Of a stretch of DNA of 64,000 nt, positions 19,144 to 38,379 are shown in pieces. Position numbers and translations under genes: made by a program. Numbering within the stretch: the stretch's first letter is position 1; each line of letters opens with the position of its first letter. Source of the stretch: Daphnia carinata. Its lineage: Eukaryota. The notes beneath the pieces are model-generated. The model was not told the origin of the DNA, searched no databases, and saw only the letters and a list, made by a program, of their open reading frames with translations. The DNA is taken from positions 2,108,001 through 2,172,000 of the forward strand of contig NC_081331.1 in assembly GCF_022539665.2 (NCBI RefSeq), written 5' to 3'.

Positions 19144-19980
19144 ACTAATTCACAAAATTAAATAATTGCTACAAAACACTCTACTGAAAGCTCGAATCGT
19201 TTTTCCAATGCGTGCGAAGTTACGACGCGTCCTGCTTCGCAATTCTCGAGTCTGTTTATAGGATAAAACAATTAACTTATCCCTTTTTTTATTTTGTTAT
19301 TTTCATTTTGCGTGAATGAGATGAAACAAATTTCCGTCTGTTCTTGTGAGGTTTATTTGGAGGGGTAATACATGAGTGAATGTTCTTTACAATTGGATTT
19401 TTGGATGGAAAAAAATGTCATTGCCGCGACGGTGGTTGTTGAACGTTGAAACAATTTTTAATCTGTTATCTCAGCCTAAAATACGGGGATTAAGAGGCAG
19501 ATATCAGTATGAACAGTGTTTATCACTTTCCTTTCTCTTTAATATCTGTTCATTTTCCAAGAAATATTTTTCCTTCTGACTATACTAGATTTTTTGTTTC
19601 TCATGTCTTCACTTTATGAGGTATAAGAACTTAAGGAACAAACGAAGAAATTCAAGAAACAAAGATAAACGTTATAAAGCTACCGCAGTTGACCGAATAC
19701 TTGTGTAGTCGTATTTCATATGTCCGGGATCACGATTGAAGAACCATTTACTCACGTATACGACGCGAGTAGTGTTGTACGTTTGGTTCAGATTAAAGGG
19801 ACCCTCAGCATGCTTTTTACGAAATGAATATTTTATTGTAAATGAAAAACAAATGCAGTTGGTTTGCAAATTCTTGTATTGAACGCTTGTAGCATGCTCT
19901 GCTTTCCTAGTAAAAGCTCGCGAGATAGATCTGAAGAAGCGTGAAAATTTCGGTGTGCAGGAAAACCTGGAGCGTTACCT

Positions 19981-22010
<2,030 letters not shown>

Positions 22011-22909
22011 TTTGATTGTTAAGTTGAAAAAATGGGGTAAATCAGGAATTAAGAAGGTCTTCGGACGCAGAATGGCCTAACAAGGATGCCGTTCCGTGGT
22101 GAAGTGGTGAAATGTACTCAAACAGTAACCAATAAGTAAATTCTGATATTCGGCTGGACGACTATGATTGGTCGAACTACAAAAGTAACACTGTCACTGA
22201 TTGGCTGTTTTTCATCAGTAGTTGTCCTTTTTCCTTTTGAGGAAAAACGTAGCGCGAACCTTTGTTTCAACACCGTGGGTGGAAGAACCTTCACCAGCGT
22301 TAAAATTTTGTAGCGGAAGTGCTTGGCTATGACTGACGGCGATATACGCTGGACGACAAGTGATTTTCATGAAAAAGCTTGAAAAAGCCAAAATAATTTT
22401 CAGGATTTTGAAAATTTTGCCCTAAAACTGATTCTGTTCATTATGATTCAAAGCCAGTAAAATTCAATTAATCAATTCAAATAGATTCAGAGTTGGGCGA
22501 AAAGCACGGACTTTGGGGGATCAATACTTCGATTTGCCAAGCACAGTTTTTGGAACCATGACAAATTGTTCTGAATAAAGTAATTAATTTAATGGCAATG
22601 CAGCTAACTAATTGTTCTGTTCTTTGCCTCTTCTGTCTTGCACATAAACACTATATGCTGTGATATATGCTATGTTTTTTTCCTAATTATGATTAAATAC
22701 GGAGTTTTAAATTATAATTGTCGAAATGGAAATACAATTTCCGAGAAATAAAAACAAAAATCGAAGGCCTGGCAACAGTGCACTAGTTCCCCTGGGTGCG
22801 CTAAGGTATCAGCGTCCTTTTCAATAGAAGGCTGAAAAGGATAAAAGGCCCGGCTAAACGTGCTGATAATTCAATTTGAAATTTCTATTTGAATAGAGAA
22901 GTTCACGAA

Positions 22910-24098
22910 ATGGCACAAGCTGGTAAGTTAATATCTCATTTAAATATCTCTAGCTTGTGTTTTAAACATTTTTGATATTGTGTGCACGATGATGGATTAG
23001 ATTTTTATGGATATGTTTAACTTAGATGTGCAGTTCTGCAAAATGAGGAATGTTTCACGTGTGCATCCGTCATGGAGAACATTGCCTCAAGTTCCCAGCG
23101 TGTTTTGTCAGAAGATGAAGAAAATAAGCTGAAGAAACAGGACCAGACTTTAGTTTCTGAATTTAAGAGTATGAAATTGGAAGCTGAAGCCAAGAGAAAT
23201 TGGGATCTGTTCTACAAGCGGAATGATACAAGATTTTTCCGAGACAGACATTGGACGACTCGGGAGTTCGAACAATTGCTTGGAACTGGTGGCGAGGGAA
23301 AGAAAATTTTATTGGAAGTAGGTTGTGGAGTTGGGAATTTCCTATTTCCATTATTGGAGGAAAATGAAGACCTTTTCGTCTACGGATGCGATTTTTCACC
23401 GCGAGCTGTGGATTTTGTCAGGCGTGACTCGAGGTTCAACGCAGAACGGATGAATGTCTTCGTTAGTGATATAACCAAAGACAGGTAATGCATTTGTTTT
23501 TTCTATTTTGGTCTCCTTTAGCTATTATGATGATAAAATCCTATCTTAATGACTATGCAGAAAATTGGCATTTAGTCTTTCGCCCCTATCTGATAAATTA
23601 TGGATAATGATTTTCTTTGTTAGTTTGCCTCCATACTAAATATCTTCTGCTTTCTAGTTTAAGGGATTTTGTTCCTGAGATGGTTGATGTAGTCAGCCTC
23701 ATCTTTGTCTTATCAGCCATACATCCAGACAAATTCCTCCAGGCACTTTGCTCAGTTGCTTCAGTCCTTCATCCTGGTGGTGCCCTAATATTTCGAGACT
23801 ATGGCCTTTATGATATGGCTCAGCTTCGATTTGGGAGAGGGAATAAAATAAGTGATAACTTCTACGTCAGGCAGGATGGTACCAGGTAATTTATCTCTTG
23901 ATTCATGTCTTACATAGACTATATGTATTTACTTTTTTCAGATCATACTTTTTCTCTGTGGAGTATTTAAAGCAGTTGGTGACTGAGGCTGGATTTGAGG
24001 TTTTCACATGTCATTATGTAAATAGGAGAACCATCAACAAGAAGGAAGGGGTTGATGAGCCCAGGGTCTTCGTTCAGGGGAAGTTCATTAAAAAATGA
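22910..24098 (+). CDS. METTL6: tRNA m3C32 methyltransferase METTL6, 4 coding exons
   Basis: KRNWDLFYKRNDTRFFRDRHWTTREF, LEVGCGVGN, CDFSPRAV, IFVLSAIHP, FRDYGLYDMAQLRF, YVRQDGTRSYFF, RVFVQGKF. ATG 22910 is in frame using the acceptor at 23033; ATG 23072 is an alternative start. Confidence 0.93.
23522..23598 (+). ncRNA. SNORD80: C/D-box snoRNA, U80/snR60-like (28S guide), in METTL6 intron 23485-23657
   Basis: Box C ATGATGA 23527-33; box D CTGA 23590-93 preceded by TTAGTCTTTCGCCCCTAT, an 18-nt complement of conserved LSU rRNA ATAGGGGCGAAAGACTAA; D box 64 nt from the 3' splice site. Confidence 0.88.
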
Positions 24099-24129
24099 GG
24101 TGGGTGGGTATTTTTGCTACAACTATTTC

Positions 24130-24202
24130 TTTTTCTGATGATCCAAAATAATTTTCCCTGACATTCTGTGGAGGAAGCATGTATTAGCTCTAACTGAACA
24201 AT
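24130..24202 (+). ncRNA. SNORD44: C/D-box snoRNA, U44-like (18S guide), in intron 24100-24261 just after the METTL6 stop
   Basis: Box C (C)TGATGA 24135-41; GCATGTATTAGCTCTA 24177-92 complements SSU rRNA TAGAGCTAATACATGC; box D 24194-97; D+5 pairs with an A; 64 nt to the 3' splice site. Confidence 0.9.
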
Positions 24203-24337
24203 ACTGTTCAGTTTATACAACAGTGTTTCTTGCATTCTCTAAATTCTTGTTGTTTTTGTAGGTCTCACCGCGGCAGTGTTTCATTCGATTTTTTGAATTT
24301 TGAGGTAAACATACGCCTGAATTTTTATGAATTAAAA

Positions 24338-24400
24338 GCAAAATGATTATAATCTGCATAGGTCATCTGAATATTAGGAAGATATTTGCGTTCTGATTTC
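24338..24400 (+). ncRNA. Probable C/D-box snoRNA, U77-like with imperfect guide, in intron 24305-24463
   Basis: Box C-like ATGATTA 24343-49; GCATAGGTCA before D' CTGA 24367-70 (one mismatch to the complement of LSU TGAACTATGC); box D 24393-96, 67 nt from the 3' splice site. Confidence 0.55.
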
Positions 24401-24533
24401 ATTCTTGCTAGGGCTTGACTTATAAAGCTGCTTCACTATCTCTAACGATGTCTTTCTTGTTAGGTTCGGCGACTTTGGAGTGGGGGTTCATCTTCTAAGA
24501 GTAAATATTTGCCTGTCTTTCTTGCGTTACGCA

Positions 24534-24608
24534 GTGTTGTTGAATGATGATTATTATAATCATCTGAAAACAAAGGAAGAATATAAATAATTTGCCGATC
24601 TGAGGCAC
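24534..24608 (+). ncRNA. C/D-box snoRNA, family unassigned, in intron 24501-24671
   Basis: Box C ATGATGA 24544-50, D' CTGA 24564-67, box D 24600-03 preceded by TAATTTGCCGA (complement of LSU-type TCGGCAAATTA); GTGTT/GGCAC terminal stem; 68 nt to the 3' splice site. Confidence 0.75.
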
Positions 24609-24741
24609 AGAAAAACTTCCATTGTTTTGGTATATTTTGGATGTTGATGTAACCTCATCGTCTTATTGCAGGCGGTGTCGCAGGGGAGTTTCGTATTGTT
24701 ATAATGCAAGGTAAAACGCTTTTCACTCAGATCTTTTTTAA

Positions 24742-24828
24742 ACTGTAAATGATGGAATCCATATTTGCTACTCTTGACTGTTTGAATGACGACAGACTAG
24801 ACCACCAATCACCTTCTGATGTTGCAGT
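24742..24828 (+). ncRNA. SNORD76: C/D-box snoRNA, U76-like (28S guide), in intron 24711-24885
   Basis: Terminal stem ACTGTAA/TTGCAGT, box C ATGATGG, guide ATATTTGCTACT (complement of LSU AGTAGCAAATAT) before D' TTGA, C' ATGACGA, box D 24816-19, 66 nt to the 3' splice site. Confidence 0.88.
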
Positions 24829-25680
24829 GTTTTAGTTTTTATTGTCGTTGTATTCTTTGACTGACTGTTGACTTATCTTCTACAGGTTTGGCGGAATTGT
24901 ATACTGAATGCTGAAAAACTTTACTTTGGTCAATAAAAGTGTTAAAATGACGATTGATTTGTGTATTTTCATTTTCCGAAAATCTTATTATCAAGCACGT
25001 CTTGTTACACACGCAAAAGACGAAAAACCACAGATGCATTTGAAGAAAGATTAAAGGTTGCAATGAACGCCCACCACGATGTCTTCAATCGAGCGAAGGG
25101 GAATCGACATACTGGAATCTTAAGGCTACAATTTTCCATACTCGTTTTTTTACTAGTAGAAATTTGACACGAATTGTAAACTTCGAATGAAAAATAGTAT
25201 AGAGCCATAGGAAGCAAAATACAATAGCCAAGGTGGAAAACTTAATTTTATGCAGTAACGAATATGTGAATCGGTTAGGTCAGACAATTGTGAGGAGAGC
25301 GACGTCCGAGTGGTTCTCGCGAAAAAAGGAGAAAAAAGAAGTGTCTATATAACTCTGCCACAGTCCGCCAATGCCGTCGTAACGATTCGCATTAATATAA
25401 TGCAGAGAAATATTGACCGTAACACATATGAAGAGACAGAACTCGGTAAGGATTGTTGTATACTTTTCCAAGACGTAGTTACTCGGACGCGGGGGGAGGG
25501 GGTGAGAGAGGGAAAAACAACATACAATTGACGTTCGGTGACAGAAGAGTGTACGAATTGTCAAAATGATCCAACACGGATCAAGTCTGTGAAATTTGGG
25601 AGAAGAAGAAACAAGCAAAACGCAGCACTTCGTTGAAAAACAACCACTTAAATGTCTTTGTTTGTGAACTGCACAAAACG

Positions 25681-28422
25681 TCATTCTTGTTCCTCCAATT
25701 CATGCTGCAGACGAAGTTCGAGCTCCCTCATACCGTTTGCTATTCCCGTATCCTCATCGTCACCGGTGGTAATTGCCAAAGGGTCACTGAAACCGTTAAA
25801 GAATTTAACATCCCAGTCGAGTGTTGCTTTGCCGTGGACTGGCGTCGTCACGTTGCGACGTTTCCTTTGCGTCAATCTCAACTGGCGTTCCTTCTCGCGG
25901 ATGTTCTCTTCGATCAAGTGAAGCTCCCGTGATAATCGTTGGCGGCCTTCTGTCATGCATCCGATCGAAGCTTCGCGTGTCGCCATCTTGAGTTCGTCAA
26001 TCTGTTGCTTGATTAATTCCAGTTCGTATTTCATCCGCTCAGATTCCGCAAGGAAATCGGGCACGGGTTCCACCGCGGGTGGCACCGAGTCGCCTTTAGA
26101 CTCCTGGCCATCACCGTCTTCTTCGTCTTGTCCCTCATTCCAATCATCCAAGTCACGACCGGTGGAAATCAGTGGGGTTCGCTTCATGGGTGTTGACGTG
26201 AGCGAATGGCCAAAGGAGGACGCCGCCTGGATCGGGTTGGACGGTCGTGGGATGATCCTTGAAAGACGCGATATTGGGCCGTATTTGCTACAAATGGGTG
26301 CGCCAAATGGGATGAAATCATCATCAAACAATCCTTCTGCCCTATTATAACCAGTGGCGCCTTGAGCCGAGGCTGCTGCTGCTGCTGCTGCAGGTCGTCC
26401 ATTCCAAATGGAACTATTCTGACTGTTGGTAGTGCCAATCTTTTCCAGTTGGTCTAAAATTTCTTGCTTACGACTCTGCAAGACGACCAAACTTTGGCTG
26501 GCCAGCGATGGAATCAAGCGAGCTGTTTCGATGGGTCGACTGGGATAGTCGGCCATAGGGGCCTGCATTCCGTATTCAGGTTGCGGCGGAAGAGAAGGCG
26601 CTCCGTAGAGATGCGGTCCAGCGCCATAAGTCGGAGGGGGCGGAGTTGGATAGGCACTGGCTCCGTACTGTCCGCGTGAACGGTAAGGAGCGTGAGTGGC
26701 AGTGTAAGGCGGGCCGCTGTAATTGGGACGTCGGCTCAACATGGCTGTGCCGTCCGCTGGAGCTGGGTTATAATAAAAACTGGTTGGGTCCGTCTCGGTA
26801 ATCATGGCGATTCCGGCTGCGTCGACGCCAACTACCAGATTCTCCTGAGAACCGAGACTTCCTTCGCCTGTTCCATTCCTGAGTTTGCCAGAATTCTTCC
26901 GGTGTCGTGACCTGTACCTGTCCAGCTCCTCCTCCGAGTGGGCAAATGTACAGTTGGCTCCGCGAGGGCAGCCGCCGCGAAGTAAATCGCGACACAAGCT
27001 CGTCTTGTACTTGATGCCATGTGATCCGTGGGCAGCTTGCTCCGATTGTCGACCATTGGATCTACTTCCTCCTCCGTGTGACGAAACAAAATCAATGAGA
27101 CCTCGGACGGCCATTCGAGCCGCTTCTAAGGCTCCATCGCATTCTGACCAGCTAGGGAGAGCGGCATCCGGACTGGGGTCGAGGGCAGCAAGTAGTTCCA
27201 GACTAGGTCGCAAATTGGACAGATTGTGCGGATCGCCCGTTCGTTGCAGAGCGATGACAAGCTCTTGCACCGATTGACCGAACGATTGTGGTGTTTGTAG
27301 TTTGTCGATGATACTCTGCATGTGCGATTTGTGGGCCGAATCGCCGTACAACAACGACGACCACTGGTCGGGGGCGATCCTCAGACCGGCCTCGGTAGCT
27401 ATTTGCACAATCTGGGCGTCGTGTTCGCGTCGTAGGGCGTCATAAGTCCTAAATTCATCTTTCAGTTGCATCAATGAAGAATCGCCTTCTCTTTTGGATA
27501 CTGAAAATAAATAAAAGAATTCTTTAAACATTGAACCAAGGTTTCATTTGAAGGTTTACCTTTGAAACATGAGGCACGATAGAGAAGCTGGACGACGTGG
27601 CCAATGCTCGTCTTGGAAGCTTGTGGAAAATGGGGTTCCAGTCGCTGAACAACAAACATGACGAGAACTTTACGTGATAAGGCCGATCCGTCTTCCAAGG
27701 CGAGCAGAACAAGTCGCAGCACCTCCTCTTGCATAGCCGGACCGAGAAACTGACAACCGCGAGCCCGGACAGCTGCCCAAAGGTTGGCAGAGAGTTGTTG
27801 CGGATTCTGGTGTTGAAGTATGAGCTCGGTGACAGTTCGTTCACCTAAAGAGCGAGCTGCCCGGACGGCCCTGGCCCGTCCTTCCGATTCGGCGAGTTGG
27901 CAAGTGACCAAAGTCACCAATTTGCGTTGCATGGGACGCGAGAGGAGAGGCACGCCTCCGCTAATTTTCAGGAAGAGAGCAAGCTCCTCGACGCAGCGTC
28001 GACTGGAACGGTACAACTGCCATTGTTCCTTGTCCAGGGAAGATAACAAAGTCGTCGTTGACTGTAATTCTTCTTCCATAGGCTGATCTTCTTCGTGATT
28101 ATCTTCATGGTGATCGCTGTTGTGGTGGACACTAGAAGGCGAGATCAGTTGTAACAGGGCTGTATTGACGGGCAAGTCTTCAGCTTCGATACTGACACTG
28201 CTTTGGTCAAATGGACATTGTCGACGATGCAGCTTTGCAAGGCATGTCTAGAACAGTGTTCAGGTTAAATATATAATTGCATAAACACATAACTAACAAA
28301 AATACCTTGCAGAGAGTGTGCCCGCATGCGAGGCTGATGGGTTGACGCTGGATGCGGTCAAATTCGTGTCGGCAGATGGGACAAGAAAGGAATTCAGTCC
28401 ACTGAGGAGCTTGAATGGGCAT
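25681..28422 (-). CDS. RC3H1: Roquin (RING, ROQ and CCCH zinc-finger RNA-binding protein), 3 coding exons
   Basis: [24 protein letters not shown] domain ([47 protein letters not shown]); [13 protein letters not shown]...[20 protein letters not shown] motif. Confidence 0.96.
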
Positions 28423-31002
28423 TCTTTAATGTTTGGCCGCGCTGTCTTTGGTTTTTCTTTTTTTTTTTTTGTAACACGATTGAAAAGTTGATGACGGTTC
28501 TATTGTCACTTGTGTTGTCTCAATATGGAAAGGACACTTTAAAAAAAAAAACGGGAACAGGAATCAAAGTCAGAGGGATGAAACTTAAGAAGAAAAAGGG
28601 GAAAAAATGGTATAGGGAAAAAAAGAAAAAAAAGGTAAAAATGTTGATATTTGCAGCAGCTCCTGTGCTGGGGCGGAGAGGGTTTAAGCAGCAGCTGGGC
28701 CTCCCGCCCGGTCCCAACTCACATGCTTCCCATAATGCCCCTAGAAAAAAGAAGAACGAGATTAGTTAAGCTGGCCAAACAACGAGCAACTAAGTGAAGA
28801 ATTGTGAAAACGGGAATAGTAAGAAATTCACGAAATAAACTTATGTCCAAAAAAAAAACAGTTAGTGAAGTCAGAGACTCCTAATAACCAGATCGGACCG
28901 GTTTTTACAAAAAGAACCGAAGAGGGGGTTCAGGGTCTATCCCGTGCAAAAGAAGCCTCGGGAGTCCCTCAATTACACAACGACACCGTCACATTTCATC
29001 AAAAAGCGACAATAAACATTTTTTCTAATTAAACTAATAAACCAAGGTATTTTAAGGGATTAGAACTGGAAAATAAGAATACGTGTTTTACGGATTCCAA
29101 GGGAGGAGATGGTTTAAAAAAAAGAAACCGTCGACAAAATGTCTTTGTTGCCTTGGGCCCGAGCCACATACACAGACACACGACGCAGCAGAGTGGCACT
29201 TTTCTTTTACAAATTTCACAACGAAAATAAGATTTTTACACCACAAATTTCATCTCAAAATAGAGAGGAAAAGTTAGGCGATCGAACAAGATGCTCGAAG
29301 AGTTGAAGAAATGAAGATTTACCAGTGAAAAGGTCAAAAAAGTCCCGGGTCGTGGTTAAATGCCTCTCCTTCCATCGCGAGACTCGCCATACTTTCCCAT
29401 CCCCCTGGCTCTGTTCGCCGTTTCCCCATCCCAGAACTCTTGGCCTTAGCAACGCCCTTCACCGCTAGCGTCGTCTGCTTTTCTTACATCACGGCATTCC
29501 GCTTGGTGAAAACCAAATTATTAGATTTTCTTTAATGTTTTGCCAATATATTGGTTATTTGATGACGTACCCAATGACTGCAATTTTTTAACTGCAAATT
29601 TTAATCAATATTGTTTCTTAAAGTGTAGTACGTTAATAAGGTTGTATTGATCCAGGTCTTTGAAAAAATGGCGTCTATTTTCTGCTTTTTTCCGGAAATT
29701 CTCCATTAAAAAAAGCTCAGTGTCTAAGCAGTGATTCTGAATCCAGAAAATCCATTAATTCGGATCAGATTTTTATCTGGCTTTTATTTTTATTGATGTT
29801 TTTGTTAATGACGCTGCAAGGACCCTCATTTCTGATACAACAAAATGTGTTACGCACTTACCTTTTTTGGTTTTCAAAAGGTCGGGTTGCTATGCCCCCA
29901 TTGTCCTATCAAGGGCAATCAACTGATTAACATCGTTTATTCTTATCGTGTGCTATACACGCGGGAGGGTCGGCTTACGTCATGAGAAAAACAGATAAAT
30001 ACGCCACGTTGTTTCGCAATAATTCAGCAATTTTTCACGATGTTTCGATGCGCCTTTTTTTTTATTTGTTGCAAAATCCCAAGGATTTTGGCGCTTTTCT
30101 ATTTCTCTTTCATTCTTCCGCCATCATCAAGTTGTTAAGGCCGAATGGCGTCAGTGCCTTGTCTTTCCCGATGCCTTTTGAGGCGCAATACCTTGTAGGT
30201 TGCACGTGTACTTGAAAAAATAAATTAAAAGATAGATGAAAACAAAAAAGACTGCGCCTTCGAAAACCGCAAGCGCTTCTGGCATAAATGTTATGAGAGA
30301 GCTAAGAGCTTTTATAAACGACCGTTAGATGGCTACGAATGATAGCATTGTTGTCTCGCAGAAAGAACAGAGAAACAGTTAGGATAAGCTGGGGAGTTGT
30401 GAAGGTAGACAGAAAGGCTGAAAGTTTTGCCAGCAAACAGTCGTGTTTAACGAAACGAGCAGTGACGAAGCTTTGGTCTTTCGATCGGTCGTAGCAAAAG
30501 TAGAAAAAGGAAAGAAAAGAACTGGCGATTACGTGTCGTGTGTGTGATGTTGTTGATCCCAGTATTCTGTATTTAACATTGCACGCCATAGTGACCGATC
30601 GTTGGCGTCTTTTTTCCCCCTTCATTTCACAACCCTAAAAACGTTGTTAGTTCCTTTTTGGTTAGTTGGCTGTGTATTTGCAGCTGTCGTATTTTCCCAC
30701 CTTCAAGACGAAGCCAAAATTCTCTCAACATCCTACGTCTTTTCAGTGGCTGAGAAAGAAAAACTGACTAAATTTATTTTATCCTGCTAAAAAGAAGAAA
30801 AACAAAATGGAAACAAGCCTTTGGGGTTTTGGTTTCAACACTGTTTGTCGTCTGCTGTCGCCTACGGATGCTGTAGCTGCGAGATGCCATCAAACTAGTT
30901 GATTACAGTATTATCAAACATCAGTTAGCAACACACAGTGTTTCTCTCACTTTTTTGGGACAGTTTAACGAGAAATCCCCTCCCTCTAAAGAAAAACTTT
31001 AA

Positions 31003-35803
<4,801 letters not shown>

Positions 35804-38379
35804 TGTGTTTGAACAGCGCAAAGTAAATGAAATCATTGCGTGAGCATTAGGAAAAACAAACTGGTCATATCCACGTACACAAAAAAAAAATGGGGAACGG
35901 TTGTTTTAAAAAAAAGAAAAGAAAGCCATCGAATTCTTTTTAAACTTCCCGATGTTGAATGCCTTGTTAGTTCCAAACAAAAAAAGAAAGGTGATTTTGA
36001 GGATTTTTTTGTTTTCTAATTAATTTCTTATCGCTCTCGTCGTTTGTCGTTTCGTGACGCTGTATTAATTAATCCTAATTGGAGGAAAAAAAAAATATGA
36101 ATAATAATTCAATTGGCGGATGGCAATGTCCGAAAAAAAGAAACTAATTATTTCTCCTAAGTGTTCCGTCTCGCCTCTCGTTATCGCCGATATTTTTGCA
36201 AAAAAGGGAAATCAAATATTTGTTTTTCTTCATTTTATTTTTGCGCAATCCGTTACGTGTCATTTATTTGCCGGCCAACGCCCTTTTTCAATGTCGTCGA
36301 TCACGGGCGCCTCATTGCTTCGATATGTTTTGAAAAATAACAGCGCAAAAGAAAACTAAAATCGGCCACGGTCGTCCATAAGTCGCCATTTGGAATCATT
36401 TCTCTTATCTTTCCGGTCGTTTCGCTCCGCATGCGTGCACAACAATCCGAAGGACAGGCAACAACAAAGTCCCTATATCTCCCCACTTGTTTTTCCAATT
36501 TTCTTTCCTGTTGTTTGTCATCAATTGTTATATATTTAATTATATATATGCTGTGTACTGTACGTCTCGCCTATAAAAGCCCAAATAAAAAAATAAAGAA
36601 AAAGTGTTGACCTCATTTTCTTTCTTTTTTTTTAAATAGTACTATTATTTTATTTCGGTTCAATAGACGTGGACAAGTCGTTCAATCAAGGCGGGTTAGA
36701 AAAGCGGCAAAGAGAAACACTTGAAGTGCGTCTGTGTGTGAAGAGGGATGCGAAGATTGAATTGACACACGTTTGCTGGCCATCAATCAAGTCGGGTACA
36801 ACTATACCCCTGTATTGAAAAAGGAAAACAATTTAAGTTAAATAACATTTTCTATTGACTTGTTACCACGTATAGACGCTGGTGTTGATTACTTACTTTT
36901 ATTTGTTCGTTGATGGTGGTGTAACTGGTCTTTATTTATACCGTTCCAACTGTTACGTACTGTATGAATCGATTGGATCACCATAGCGATAAAAGGTTTT
37001 GAGTTGGCGGTCAGATAAAGGGTGGCAAACACGATCCCTTCGGCTATAGATTTCGTGTTCGCACGAATGCCATCCTCTCTTACTGGTTCTTATCGATATC
37101 GCCTACTATTTCGACCGTTTGTTGCAAATAGAGCGAGACTGGTTTCAATCACCGGCCATTCCTTTTTTTTTTATGCCCTCTTGTTCAATCCGTCTGGTTC
37201 GATAGTCTCTTTCGATCATGATCGTTTTTTTTTTTTTTGCTTCTGTTTTTACAACTTTCTAAACTTTTATTCGCTTACAGCATTGCATCGATAAGTCACG
37301 TTAACTGCTGATGAAATCTTGTTGTCGGATTTGTCTCGCTTTATTTTGTTTTGTGTTGTTCTTCCTTGTTCCGATTTCACCTTGAACATTTCCAGATTCT
37401 CCATGCATTTGAAACTAGGCGGAAAAGCTTCGCATTTCAAACGCGGGTCTCCATATTGGGTGAGGCTCCCGATCTGTCTCTCTCTCTCCGAACCGTCTGT
37501 ATCTGTTTAGTATTTTACCAACATTTCCATAATGCCAACAGCCAAGTTCAAGGAGGACGTGTATCGTCGAGGACTGCGCGCAAATTTTGCAACAATATTA
37601 AAAAAAACAAAAAGAAAAAACAAGAAATCCAATTCCAAAATCAAATTAAATCTTGTTGCACTTCTTGGCTCGTCGCTCACGTTACGCCGCCTACTTGTTT
37701 GATACATCGGGTGCATGCCTGATGTTTTTGTTGCATTTACAGGACAGGTCAGTTCGATAGGGATAAGAAAAATTATATATAAGGCTACTGTATACATTAA
37801 ATCCGCCCTAGAGATATCCGGACATGGATCAGGTCGTGCCTTTCGGCTCAGCAGCCTTGACATCCGTACTTTGATTTTCATTCCTAAACGAAAAAGACAC
37901 ACAAAGCAAAAGGAGATGAAGCGGATATAAGCCTACAGTATGTGTGTAGGGTCTCTCTTGGGCTGGGACACTGTGCGGAAGGAGGCGTGACGACCTGCTG
38001 GCCATGTCACAGCAGGAGCAAGCGCAACAGCGGCTCTTTTTCTCTATTGGAAATCAGGCATACAGCTTCGTGGCATGGAGCGATAGAAAAAGAACTATTG
38101 CAAATGTCTTTTCGAGGTAAAACATAGAAGAACGCTCGGAAATGGACGAAGGCCATGAAGAGACATTGAAAGAAGGATTGAGAGAACAGTCGACTCATAC
38201 CCTGCCTCCTCACTACACCGCTTCCCCTCCTTTTTTTTTTTTTTTTTTTTTTTTTAGTTTCGAATGGTTCGTCTTGTGGTGTCGTTTGAAATTATTGTAG
38301 TGATGGACGTGAAAAAACAAAACAAGAAGAGTGGTGCGCGAATAATGTGAAATGACAACAGGTTTGTGTGTTAGTTGAA

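Noticed and set aside
22982..23032. Possible sixth snoRNA in METTL6 intron 1 (TGCAC/GTGCA stem, box C-like TGATGG)
   Set aside because: No CTGA D box, no recognisable guide, and it abuts the splice acceptor.
24950..25680. Roquin autoregulatory CDE stem-loop in its own 3' UTR
   Set aside because: No TTC-YRY-GAA triloop found by eye on the mRNA strand; a structure-based search would be needed.
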